From Octopus sinensis (taxonomy: Eukaryota): DNA of 64,000 nt. The notes under the pieces are model-generated. The model was given only the letters and a program-made list of their open reading frames with translations, was not told where the DNA came from and made no database searches. Position 1 is the first letter of the stretch. Every line of letters begins with the position of its first letter. Shown here in pieces: positions 13,857 through 26,689 of this stretch. The stretch spans positions 36,456,001-36,520,000 of the forward strand of contig NC_043000.1 in assembly GCF_006345805.1 (NCBI RefSeq). Reading direction: 5' to 3'. The position numbers and the translations under genes are program-made.

Positions 13857-14085
13857 AGGCGGCGAGCTGGCAGAAACGTTAGCACGCCGGGCGAAATACT
13901 TAGCGGTATTTCGTCTGTCGTTACGTTCTGAGTTCAAATTCCACCGAGGTCAACTTTGCCTTTCATCCTTTCGGGGTCGATAAGTAAAGTACCAATTTCG
14001 CACTGGGGTCGATGTAATCGACTTAATCCGTTTGTCTGTCCTTGATTGTCCCCTCTATGTTTAGCTCCTTGTGGGCAGTAAATAA
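13857..14085 (+). mobile_element. SINE family B
   Basis: GGCGGCGAGCTGGCAGAA head, GAGTTCAAATTCC B box and GCCTTTCATCCTTTCGGGGTCGATAA Deu/Nin-like core. Confidence 0.9.
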
Positions 14086-14517
14086 ATATATATTATATTC
14101 TGCTAATTTTTGTAACGTTGTCCACTTAGACACAAACTTAAAAGTATATACTTCACACGTCGAATTCCAACATATTCATATTGAGCACACACACACACAC
14201 ACACACACGCACGTGTTTGTATCATTTAATTGAAATATATTTACCAACATACTATTTATGATTGATTCTCCCAGGCTCATCGACGTTACGTGCCACTAAC
14301 ATCATTCACTCGAAGACTTTCGCTATAAAAGGATTAACCCGGTGTGTCAAAATGCAAACGGTTGTTGTACGTATCAATGTATTTACGTTCGTATGTGTGT
14401 TTGTGTGTGTGTGTATGTCTGTGTGTATACCTGTTGGTATCTATCTATCTATCCATCTATTTACCTACGTACCTATTTTTCTGTCTGTCTGTATCTCTCT
14501 CTCTCACTCACCATATA

Positions 14518-14550
<33 letters not shown>

Positions 14551-14555
<5 letters not shown>

Positions 14556-15972
14556 CTACCTGTGACCCGTTGGGTTACCTGGAAAGTTTGAGTTTCTCAG
14601 CAAAGGAGTTTTGTTTCGTTGGGGTTTTTTTCTTCTCCACGTTATTTCGCATGCTTTCAACGAAGGTGACATCGAAATCACGCGTAAATGGCCCTTTTCC
14701 CAGAAAAAGAAAGATTTAGCGGCTATTTCTTGCACGCCCTGTTATCATGTAACAGGTATTTTGGGTCCTTTATCGCAAATAGCTGTTATGTGGTAGCAGG
14801 GCGTGCTAGAAATAGCAGCTAAATCGTTGAAGCTGAAATACGTTGAATGCACTCGAAAAAATTTTATAATCGTATTCCCTCCGTGCGATCTTTCGCTTTG
14901 ACTCTCAGAACTGAAGTCCGGATCAGCTAGTTTTGTTCGTTAATTTCCGCAATTTTATTTACTTTCGTTTTAAAGTGAAAGAGAAGAGAAAGTGAAAGAT
15001 GTATGTACGTGTATATGAAATGGATGTGTGTGTGTGTGTGAGTGAGAGAGAGAGAGAGAGAGAGAGCCACTTACACATATATGAGAATACACGTGTTCAC
15101 TCACTCACTCTGTCACTCTCTCTCACTCTCTCCCTTTCTCACTCTCTCTCTCTCTCTCTCTCTCATATGCGTACATACAAAAAAGATGTACGCATATGTA
15201 TTGATGTATTTATGTATACGGCAACATACCCCTTCACTCACTCTCTCTTTCTTTCTCTATCTCCCTTTCTCTCTCTCTTTCTTTCTCTCTCTTTCTCTTT
15301 CTTTCACTCTCTCTCCCCCTCTCTCTCTCTGTTTCACACACACACGTCCATTTCATATACACGTACATACATATTTTGATTTCCCCTCTCTTTCACTTTA
15401 AAACAAAAGTAAATAAAGTTTTTTTACGGAAATTAACGAACTCCAGATGACAAGCAAAAGATCGCCATTCACTTGAAAATAATGTTAAAAAACGTTAAAA
15501 TATTGCCTGTTTAAAGAAAGCTAAAATATAAATACTTACTGTACAAACAACTTATATTTTTCAAATCACATTCAGTTAAAAATATTTCGAAATGATAAAA
15601 TATTGTGTACATAAAAATGTCGAGAGGTTTTTTTCATCGCGAAGTATATGTGTGTGTATATGTCACAGATAGCGGGCGTGTGCTAGTGTTGATTGACATG
15701 CCATGACATTCATTATATGTGTGTATTCTGTATGTGTGTATGTGTGTTGACGTCACGGAAACCATGTTTTCTTTTTCGTCAAGAAATAGCAAACAAAATT
15801 GTGAATAATCTTTTTCCTTAATAAATAGAGGTCGAAATATCACAAAAATTTGTACAGTACTACCGAAGGTAAGTATGAAAATAAATATGCAAATCAAATT
15901 AAGATAAAATATACTATTTCTGAGGTATTTTGGGTACACACAAACATCTCTAGAGTATTAGCATTATTAAGA
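14551..15972 (-). mobile_element. Helitron-like non-autonomous element, both termini present
   Basis: Minus strand: 5' A^TC at 15972 (TCTTAATAATGC). The 3' end has a GTAACCC-AAC-GGGTCAC hairpin 11 nt before the terminus, which is CTAA^T at 14551. No TSD. Confidence 0.7.
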
Positions 15973-16009
15973 TATGTGTGTGAGTATATCTGTGTGTATA
16001 CCTGTTGGT

Positions 16010-16068
<59 letters not shown>

Positions 16069-17099
16069 GCACACACATGCTTATATCTTTCTATATATGT
16101 ATTTGTCTATCTGTCTATCTAATCTACGTATCATTCTGTTTGTAAGTCTGTCTGTCTCTCTTTATTTGTGTGTGTGTTCGTGTGAGTGTGTGTGCGTGTG
16201 TGTATGCGAATGTGTCTATATATATGTACTTACCTCCGCGTTTGTGTGTGCTGCTGATGGATACGTAAATATATAGATTTATGAAAAGAAAACCTATTTA
16301 CTTAGAATCACGTCAACTAATGAACTCTGGGTGAGAGACGGGAAGAAATATTGGAAGATATGTACAGCTGGTAAGTTGAAAGAACTTATTAACAGAGCAA
16401 AAGAAAATAAGAGCCAGACTAACGACTATATCACTTGGTATGCTACTAAGTACTGACTTAATAAAGAAGTTAAATATCATTAAAAACAAAATGGATTGTT
16501 TATAATTAGGCACTAAATATTACCTGGGAGCATATCTTGGAACTATATAAAACGGCAAACAAAATTTTTGCGACTGAAAATAAACGTCGTTAACATGTTT
16601 ACCGAACACTTTAACGAAATTATTTATTCTCTAACGTTGCACAAAAGAAAAAGAAATACTCTCACTACCAAATGTACTTTAACGTCCTTTTTCTGCGATC
16701 TTTCCAGATAAAACCTTGAATAAAATTACACGACCGCGTTGGTACCACAAATAGATAATTAACTTAATTCCTGATTAATTTGATAAACTTCCCACATTTC
16801 ATAAGTTGTCTGTTTTATATTTACCTTCAAGTTGAGTTGTTTCCTTAGATGTTTTAGAGAAATTCTCAGATACGTTCTAAGAGAGATTGTGTCACTAATT
16901 CCTTCAACGAAAATGTGTAACCTCCTTATGTCTGTCTGTCTGCCTATTTATCTATTATATATGTCCCCTCCCCCAAATTTCAGGCCTTGTGCCTATAGTA
17001 GAAAGGATATATACATGTGTGTGTTTGTGTATGTATGTATGAAGGAGTTTATAAAATATACGACCATTTTCAAGTTTTATTATTTTAGATTTATCGTGT

Positions 17100-17560
17100 T
17101 TCTTTTAGATTCTTTTATACCATTAGTTGGAACTATAATATTTCTAAATTCCTATGCGACATTTCCAGTTCTTCATAGTCTTACTTTCAAGAATTAAATA
17201 TACTTAAACTTTCTGATGTTTCATATATATACACTGCGTTCCTATTGAGTTTCTCCGCCAACGTTTGTGGCCGTTAACTTCATACAATAACTGTCGCATT
17301 TTGATTACATTTTTGACCATTAGGTTTTTCATGGAGCAGCTAGGAGTTGATTGTTTGACATGTAGCTTTGTTTGCTTCTGTATATTGACATTGTATTGGG
17401 ATATGAGTATGGCTTCACTGATAAATGTATTTTTGTGAAGAATTTTATATTATCCAGCTGTAGTTATTCTAAATTTAATTTGGAGTGTGCGGGTAAGTGG
17501 TTTTGTGATTGCTCCTTATTGAATATCCATGGACGGCCTACGACATAGTTTTCAACTGGC
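17100..17560 (-). mobile_element. Penelope-like element GIY-YIG C-terminal remnant
   Basis: Frameshifted GAI..H...KILHKNTFISEAILISQYNVNIQ pattern, resembling the PLE endonuclease end. Confidence 0.5.
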
Positions 17561-17669
17561 CTCACTTATAGGCCCACCATGCGTTCACTGAAGTCACATA
17601 TTTTTTATTTTTTTAAATTTTATTTTTTATTTTATCTAGTTTCAGTTCACGAGCTGGGGCACCGCCATT

Positions 17670-17995
17670 TGGTGTTGCTACATGATTTTACTTCACGAAT
17701 GCTTTTTAGGAATTGCCATTTGGTGCATGACAGAGTTCGATGCAGCTGCCCCCATCTGCATCTCCTGCCGTGAAGTTGGTTCATTTGGGACACCTGACAG
17801 AAAGAGATCTAGTTTTATTTTAAAGACATCTGCATCCACCCCATGTAGGTCTCTCAGGTTCTTTGGGAGGATATTGAAGAGCTGTGGGCCTCTGAAGCCC
17901 AGGCTATCACAGTATCTTGTCCTACATCTTGATGGAAAATTTGAAGTCCTTGGCACCATGCAGTGGCGCCAAGTTCTAGCATCTGTGATGAAATG
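17670..17995 (-). mobile_element. CR1-group LINE 3' fragment
   Basis: RYCDSLGFRGPQLFNILPKNLRDLHGVDADVFKIKLDLFLSGVPNEP, an ORF2 C-terminal motif. Confidence 0.8.
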
Positions 17996-18046
17996 TGTAT
18001 AAATCAAATATTATCGCTCCTATATATACATATATACATACATACA

Positions 18047-18082
<36 letters not shown>

Positions 18083-18224
18083 TATGTGTGTGTGTATGCG
18101 CGTGTGTGTGTGTTTGGACAAATATATATATCTTCATAAATGCATATATATGTGTGAATGTCTCCCCTTCTCTTTCTCTCTCTCTCCCACTCTCTATAGT
18201 TATATGCAGATGCATACACACACA

Positions 18225-18283
<59 letters not shown>

Positions 18284-18307
18284 TATATATATATATCTTA
18301 TTATAAA

Positions 18308-18538
18308 AGGCGGCGAGCTGGCAGAAACGTTAACGCGCCGGGCGAAATGCTTAGCGGTATTTCGTCTGTCGTTACGTTGTGAGTTCAAATTCCGCCGAGG
18401 TCGACTTTGTCTTTCATCCTTTCGGGGTCGATAAATTAAGTACCAGTTACCCACTGGGGTCGATGTAATCGACTTAATCCCTTTGTCTGTCCTTGTTTGT
18501 CCCCTCTATGTTTAGCCCCTTGTGGGTAGTAAAGAAAT
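18308..18538 (+). mobile_element. SINE family B
   Basis: Near-consensus full copy. Confidence 0.9.
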
Positions 18539-18952
18539 ATATATATATATATATATACACATACTACATTTATATGAATACTAATACCTCATCGATGAAG
18601 CACCAATTAATTACCTACAAAGGTGTTGCATTCACTTTAAATTTATTCCATGAGGTTTCAGTCAGATATTTCGACATACTTGTCTTAAATAAAGCTTGGT
18701 TAGGAAACAGAATCGATATGTATATATATAATATACATATATATTATATATATATATATAATATATATATATATATATTATAATATATATATATATATGT
18801 GTGTGGGTGTGTGTGTGTGTGTGATCTATCTATTTATCTATCTATCTATCTATCTATCTATATATATATTCATAGATATATATAAAATACACATAATTTA
18901 TATATATGTATATTATATTATATATATATTAATATATATATTATATATATAT

Positions 18953-18985
<33 letters not shown>

Positions 18986-19044
18986 TTCATACATAAATAC
19001 ATATATATATTATATATATATATTATATATATATATATATATAT

Positions 19045-19540
19045 TCTCTTATTCTTTTATTTGTTTCAGCTTCTGAGTATGGCCATGCTGGAGCACCGCC
19101 TTTAGTCGAGAAAAATATACCCTAACACTTATTCTTTGTAAGCCTAGTACTTATTCTATCGGTCTCTTGTGTCGAACCACTAGGTTACGGGGACGTAAAG
19201 ACACTATCATCGGTTGTCAAGCAATGTTGGGGGAACAAACACGCAGACACAAACACACAAACACATATACACACACATACACGATGGGATTCTTTCTGTT
19301 TCCGTATACCAAATCCACTCACAAGGTTTTGGTTGGCCAGAGTCTATAGTAGAAGACATAAGCGCAAGTTGCCACGCAGTGGGACTGAGCCCAGAACCAT
19401 GTGGTTAGTAACATGCTTCAAAAATTTAGTATATATACATTATTACAATTTGCTCCTCAGTCCTATATACTCTGGGAACACATTAAAGCCCTTTTCGGGG
19501 CAACTTTATTTGAATTCTTACCACACAGCCACTTCTGCGC

Positions 19541-19545
<5 letters not shown>
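19045..19545 (-). mobile_element. SINE family A with a ~100-bp foreign insert (19412-19512)
   Basis: Family A consensus is interrupted between GGTTAGTAA and TTCTTACCACACAGCCAC. Confidence 0.85.
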
Positions 19546-19584
<39 letters not shown>

Positions 19585-19682
19585 TATATAGGTAGAAATT
19601 TTACAACCTAAATGATTTTACCATATATATGTGCGTGCGTGTATGTGAGTGAGTGTGTATACATACATACACACACACACAG

Positions 19683-19720
<38 letters not shown>

Positions 19721-20738
19721 TACTTTGATATATAGATATATTACACATATATTACGTACGTTTGTATATATGCATGTGCCTTTGTGTGCGTGTGAATGTT
19801 GTTCCGTTACTCAACTTCAACTTTTATTTTCATTCATTTCCACAAGACTATGATTCCTCAGGCGTGTTTGGGATTTCTAATATTTCCAACACATTAACAT
19901 ATTTACAAGACAATTAAAAAATAAGTCGCATAACCGCCGAATCTATCGCCATACACTCCCATATCCACACCGTAACTCAATTTATATTTACTTCAAATCG
20001 GGATAATCGGAAATAAAACTAGCAACGTTTTACTTCCCTCAAGCAAATGTTCAACAACATTCCTACATAAAGTCACGTGAGATGGGTGAGTTTCCGCTTT
20101 CATAAAAGATGTCTTTAAAATATTCTTATCTGATAAGTCTTTTTCTTCTCTCTCCTTTCCATTTCTACAGATTTCTATGAATTTCGCTTTGTTATATTCA
20201 TTTTATTGATATTTCCTTCTACTTTTACTTCTTCATATAATCATCTCATATTCTGCCTTCGCTGAGTTTAGTTACAGTCTAAATATTATATGCTAATCTA
20301 GCTATTATCTACAAATAAGCTGTCATTTTAGTATCATATAAAACATCCATAAACTTGGTGTTTTAGATACCATTACGCAAATAACAAACCTATTCGTCTC
20401 CAACAATATCCATCCTCAAAATTAAGAATGAAGAACAACGCAACTATAAAAATATATGAGACGAGAATTAAATATGTAACTGTGTTAATACCCAGGTCAT
20501 GGACTTTGTATGTATAGACTAGGTTGAAGTACGTAAATACTATTACTGGACAAAAGTGAATGTAAGAAAGAAGATATATTTCCTTTAATATGGATATTTT
20601 GCTTGAATATGGACACCAAATTAGAATTCTCCAGGATATATTTCTCCCGGTAACTTATATGTGATAATCCATTGTCTTCGACATATTATTGATCTCATAA
20701 AAGCTTTAATGAAGAAAATAACAAAATGTGTGTATTTG

Positions 20739-20795
<57 letters not shown>

Positions 20796-20962
20796 CTTAT
20801 TTGTATATGTATATACATAGACATACGCATATATGCACATACATATTTATGAATATTCATTTATATGTGTGTGTGTGTATATTTATATATATATATATGA
20901 AAACACATATACATTCATAATACATACATACATACTTAGTTCTTACATGCAATGCATGTGTA

Positions 20963-20984
<22 letters not shown>

Positions 20985-20995
<11 letters not shown>

Positions 20996-21702
20996 GGGAA
21001 ATTTTGTCTGTGGATGTATTTGTGGAGTTGTTAACTAACTCCTACATCGTTATCGATTTTGATGAGACTTGTAACGTGAGTAGAACGCATATCTGGAAAC
21101 CTGATGACATACTCAGATTGTTGAAAACGTTGATAATAGGGCCCCTGGAAGGGATCCTTATATATAGTCAAAGGAAATAACCCATTCATTTTCCTAAATT
21201 ATTTGGTATAATTCAAATTGAGTATGCTTACTTCTTAGTATTTGAACTGTTAGTTATTTTCGCAATTTATCCAGTACAACCCTTAAAGAAGTAGAGGGTA
21301 TTTTTCTAAACAATAGATCCATTTATTTCGATGAGTGACTTATTCACGAATATACCAACACTAGCGCCGCTGTGGGTAATTATCTCTCGGAACGCACAAA
21401 AGCCCTTTTGAGAGTTATTTTCTTTCAATTGTTATTATCTCATATCTGACTAGTCTGTTATTACTTAAGATGCTTCACAGATTTAGTATATATACATTAT
21501 TAGTACTTGCTCCTAAGACCTATATACTCTGGGAACACATTAAATCCCTTTTCCGGGCTACATTTTGATATTCTGTGTAAATGCACAAAAACCGTTTTAA
21601 GGGCTACGTAATTTGTATTGTCATTGGATTAGCGAAACAATTATGAGAACGGAGCCAAGGGATAAGCCCCGCGTTCCCGGGAATTTCCGGGTACGTCAGC
21701 TA

Positions 21703-21703
<1 letters not shown>
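20985..21703 (+). mobile_element. Helitron-like non-autonomous element
   Basis: 3' CCCGG-GAATTT-CCGGG hairpin (21676-21691) followed by CTAG (21700-21703). The 5' end is buried in (TA)n. Confidence 0.65.
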
Positions 21704-21745
<42 letters not shown>

Positions 21746-21754
21746 ATATATCCA

Positions 21755-22041
21755 AATTGAAGGAATGAGGTAGGTAAAATCTTGGCTACATATGTTTCCT
21801 AGTTAGTAGATCCGCGGACGTCATAATTACTGAACGAGAGGTGCTCCATTATCGGCTCATCTGGCCGAAGATACCTTAGTTACACGAAGGTTACATTCAT
21901 GATCGCAAGTGATCGCAAGTTCAATCGCAGGAGATTTGATCGAAAAGGTGTGTGCTCCACGTTCAGTAATTATCCTTTTAGAGGTTCTGCTAGTTTGGAA
22001 ACATATGTAGCCCGGATTTTACCTGCTCCATTTCCTCAGTT
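21755..22041. repeat. Diverged inverted repeat (~110-bp arms), PLE/MITE-like
   Basis: AGGTAAAATCTTGGCTACATATGTTTCC...ATAATTACTGAACG versus CGTTCAGTAATTAT...GGAAACATATGTAGCCCGGATTTTACCT. Confidence 0.8.
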
Positions 22042-22234
22042 TTCGTTCGCATACATAGCAACGCTAGTTGGAAACCGTGAACTATACAATAATTTTTCTT
22101 CAGCTTCCATATGGGAATCCTTTACAAACTTTTACACCAATAAACTACTGTTGTTCCTGAAATTTAACTTTTTTCTACCATTTGCGCTACATGAATCATC
22201 TGAAGCATTTTAATAAGAATAAAAAAGAGATATA

Positions 22235-23105
22235 ATCCTTAATACAACTTGTAAGACTCTTGAGGAAAGATGTAGGCATGGAATTTGGCATAGGTAAGTG
22301 TACAATATTGGTCATAAAAAGGGGAGATGTAGTCAACAATGAAGGCATCCAATTAACAGCAATAAACTCCAAGAGCCAATTGCATCAAGTTCCAAATAGA
22401 TGAGAGCAGTGAATCACTCATTTATAGGATGTGTAACTTCAAAAACGAAGCAATCTCACATGTTGTGAGTGAGTGTAGCAAGCTTGCTCAAAAATACCTG
22501 AAAAGGAGGCACGATAACGGGTCTAAGTTTGTTCATTCGAGATTGTGAAAAGTATGGTCTGGGAAGAACACAGAAATAGTACAAACATGAATGAGAGGGC
22601 GTCACTGAAAACAATGAATATAAGATCCTGTGGAATTATACCGTCCAGCGTGACTCCTTAATTGGTTCTCGGAAACCAGATATTGTTGTGGTAGATAGAA
22701 GGGGAAAGGAAACTCAATTCATAGACATTGCCATACCTGGGGATGAATGCGTTGATGGCAAAGGGCTGGAAAATGTGGCAAAATACAAATTCCTAAAAGA
22801 CGAAATTGCAAGAATGTGGGCAATGAAGAGAGTAACTGTTATCCCAGTAATTGTAGAGGCATTCGGTGCACTAATAACCAGGTTCGAGACATATGTAGGG
22901 CAGAGTAGGGCCCAGAAACTGCTTTATTGGGAACAGCGAGCATTTTGAAATTGGTACTTGAGTCTTGATTATTGTCCACGATATTTAACATCCAAGTCTT
23001 ATAATTTGTGGAAAGATATCTTCTGGGACTCTGACAACAAGTTGCTGTCCGCTCTCACAGAATCAACCAGAGCAAGAAAAACCGAGAGCTCTGAGAAGTA
23101 AATTG
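22235..23105 (+). mobile_element. R4/Dong LINE relic (RT end, Zn knuckle, RLE endonuclease), internally deleted
   Basis: DVGMEFGIGKC; ISHVVSECSKLAQKYLKRRHD; RKPDIVVVDRRGKETQFIDIAIPGD...VIPVIVEAFG (PD-(D/E)XK-type motif). Confidence 0.9.
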
Positions 23106-23553
23106 TAATAAGAATAATGATGATGATGATGATGATGAGAGGGGGGGAGGAGGAGGAGGAGGGGGGACGACGACGACGACGACGAAAACGACAACAACAA
23201 TGATAATTGTAAATTTCTTGGTTGATAAACGCAAAAAGAGATTTAAAAACCCCGTCTTTTAAAATATTTCACGTTACCTTCATTTGGTGTTTTCCTTTAT
23301 ATTTTCAATTTCCTCATTTTAAAAATATTTTACTTCAAGAACTGTCCAATATATGAAAGCTTGTCTAATATAGTAAGCTACTTGATGAGCATTAAGTAGT
23401 GGTTGAGAAAATCATATTGTCTAAATATTAACTCTGATCATGAGAGGTAAAGCAGATAATTTTGGAATTAAAATTATGATTAATTTTAATGTTTTACTAT
23501 ATTATGAGTGTTATAATTGGCTTAAAATGTTCCAAGATATTATTCAGTCAGTC

Positions 23554-23746
23554 ATAATGCTAAATATATAGTATTTACATTCGACGGATATTTGTCCTCA
23601 TCTTGTTTGGTGTTAACACAACGGTTCAGCTGATATACCATCCAGCCTTCTTCAGGTGTCTCGAGGAAATTTCGAACCTGGGTTCTCATTCCTAAGGTAT
23701 TTTTCGATGTTGTTGTTGTTGTTATTATTATTATTATTATTATTAA

Positions 23747-23812
<66 letters not shown>

Positions 23813-23974
23813 GTTGTTGTTGTTGTTATTGTTCAGGTCACTCCTTGGAATCGAACTCGGAATCTTGGGGTTAGTAGCCCAAATAGTAGACAGATATCGT
23901 CGAATGTAAATAATGTAAATAATGTACATAATTCCTCATCTCTTCAAAAGAGAACAGTATAATGCTAAATATAT
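23554..23974. mobile_element. SINE family D copy with 5' inversion and TSD
   Basis: Body on minus (23573-23880), tail on plus (23897-23958), flanked by the direct repeat ATAATGCTAAATATAT. The hammerhead core is mutated (GAAA to GAAC). Confidence 0.8.
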
Positions 23975-25059
23975 TAGTATATATAGGACGAACTTCTCTC
24001 AGCTTCTGTTCACCAAATCCACTCACAAGGTTTTGATTGACCCGAGACTCTTACCCAAGCTGCTACGCAGTTGGACTGAAACCCAGAGCCATGTGGTTGG
24101 GAACCAATGTATATGTACAATTTAAAGGCGCTTTAACTGGTATGTCTAACATTTAGAATGATTACATAGAGGCGCTCGTGTTGATATGATCGACTGTTCA
24201 CTTCACAGAAAATCTGTGGCTTTATATTTCTCTTAGAATCAAGAATATTCCCCGGCGTAAACACTAATATCTTACAAGTCTATCATTTATTATTAATTTA
24301 GTTAACGCTTGTATCATTCACCTTGCTGGCTATAATATATAATTATATTTGTCACCTGGGATACTAAATTATAGCATCATAAACAGCATACAAGTATTCG
24401 TTAGTTCGTCGTTTCTTTCTATCTTAACCCTGCTGTTTTATCACCGCCATCTTTAATTATTCATTTGTACAGATTCAGTTCATCCCAGCACCTGAACTTT
24501 CTTAGATTTAATACTTACTATTAACGCACACACACACACACACACACACACCACACACACACACACACACATACACTTTTTCTCTCTCTCTCTCTCTCTC
24601 ACACACACGCACAAACGTACATACATTGGCAAATATAAACAGACAAGTGTACCTACAAACATGCGCTTATTAATCTGTAAATTATTAATGGATACATATT
24701 TTTTTCCGGAAGCCAGGTTTCGTTCAGTCAAATCTTAGGTTGACAGACTGAGAAAAAATGTTAAAAAGTGGTTTATTTTCTCCTCGTAAATGTGGCTCCT
24801 GTTGTGATTGGATGGATGATCCTTATGTAAGGTTAAATGTAATTTCGGAATGTGTGTCAGAAGATTTTTGGTGTGAGACAATAAATAATAGATAGATAAT
24901 AAGGAATAGTAAACCAAATCAGAACGCCAGTAAAGATTGATAAATGAAAACAAATATGTTACCAGTATCGATTATCACTACAGAGTTCAGGTGTGTATCT
25001 CTTTCGAGTAAATACTCTTCTCTATTAATCTTTTTGATTTACCAAGATGTCTCGTTCCC

Positions 25060-26060
25060 GGTCGAACGTAATAACGTAGTGGTTGTCGATATCACCATGG
25101 CTTGTTTTGATGGTGCCGAGATATGCAATTCAGTTATATTGTTTATCAAAGGTACAATTCAGGAGAAAAGAAATAAATAAATAACCAACTAGAATCTCTA
25201 AACAAATGTAAAATTAATTTCATCCTATTGTAAATATGATCATTTCTAAGATAAACTCGAAATAACGCCACCAGACATGCCTGGAGATATTAATAACATA
25301 CACTACACGCCGTAGAAATTCTTGTATAATTAATTTCTTAAGCATAACATTTAACCTCCCGGAAAATACGATTCACAGAATGCCAGCCAAAAACGTATGA
25401 TTTATCATTCGTAGCTATTCTAAAAATTCATCTAGAAACAACAGAAAAAATATTTCAGATATATCTAAGGTTGAAGAAACACTTAACTACGCCACAGAAT
25501 ATCATAGTGAGGCTCCAATAAAAAGTGTATTCATAGAGAAAATACGTTACACGTCTAGTTGAAGCACTATCACTACTAACATTAACAAGCAGTTGAAGGA
25601 GGAATAATGTATGGTATACCCCACCGCTAAGTTTTAATCTAAACACAAATATCGGGCGATCGCCCCTAAATCCAGTGTGAAAACATTTCCTCATAAATAA
25701 TAATCGCAACAAAATCGTCAATATAAGAAACGTTAATATGAGAGAGAACTCAAGAAGAGCAATTTTCCCATTTCTTTAGCTCGAATAAAAAAGAGAAATG
25801 TTAATATGCTCAAACAAATGCACAACATTGACTTCCAAAACGTTGCAGCTTCAATATTTTACCCCAACAAGCAAATATCTTCAAGAGAGCATAGTTTAAA
25901 GCCCGAGGTTTGAGTGGTTAATAATAAAGATGAAAAGGTTATGTAGGTATTACCGAAAACACAATGAAAGCCATATATAAAGTAATATTTTCGTTCAAAC
26001 CCAGCATTTGAAGAAGTGCAATCGTACTTGAATGTCTGAATTCTGCTGGAGATAACTGTC
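25060..26060 (+). mobile_element. Degenerate Penelope-like retroelement (RT and GIY-YIG remnants)
   Basis: VDITMACFDGAEICNSVILF resembles the PLE RT motif DVTMGSxDGAExCELVG. Downstream SIV*KAEV-like and YVGITENT GIY-YIG-like remnants follow. Confidence 0.7.
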
Positions 26061-26149
26061 TACGACTATAAATTTGTCTGGTAAATAATTAAAGTTGTCT
26101 TCATGCGTCAATGATTTTTTGATTGCTGCGTCTTATTTGGAAAGGTATT

Positions 26150-26455
26150 GTGTACTTATCATGTGATCACGTGATCGACCAGACTATCAGATGTTCTTAT
26201 ACATCGTTGATCACAACGCGCTTCGCATTATTTTAGCTCTTGAATTATGCTGCCCTACTGAGTGGGCGAGCAGGGGGACATTACCCTCGAGTTGAAGACG
26301 AGTTCTTTGCGGTATTATCCATTTACAGCTGAGTGGACTGAGGCAACGTGAAATAAGTTGCTTTGCTCAAGAACACAATGAGCTACTCCGTCCAGGAACC
26401 GAACTCGCTATCTAGTGATTGTGAATGCAACACCCTAACCCCTGACCACACGCCA
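26150..26455 (-). mobile_element. Degenerate tRNA-derived SINE (V-domain-like head)
   Basis: Minus strand GGTTAGGGTG...GAGTTCGGTTCC, then TGTGTTCTTGAGCAAAGCAACTTATTTCAC...CAGTCCACTCAGCTG. Confidence 0.6.
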
Positions 26456-26689
26456 TCATATGATATACAGAATTTTAAAATTCAAAACTAAATTTGTTTC
26501 CTTTCTTCCCCCACCAGAATAAGTGGATTCTAAGGATTTCACCTTACCTACAGCATAATTCTATATACATCCTTTCGGGTTATATGATGACACGTCCACA
26601 TTGGGTTCGCATCTACATTCGAAGCTCACACTCTTTTATCGATTGAGTGGGGTTTTTACTTTGCAAGGGTTCAATCTTGAGTCAAGGCC

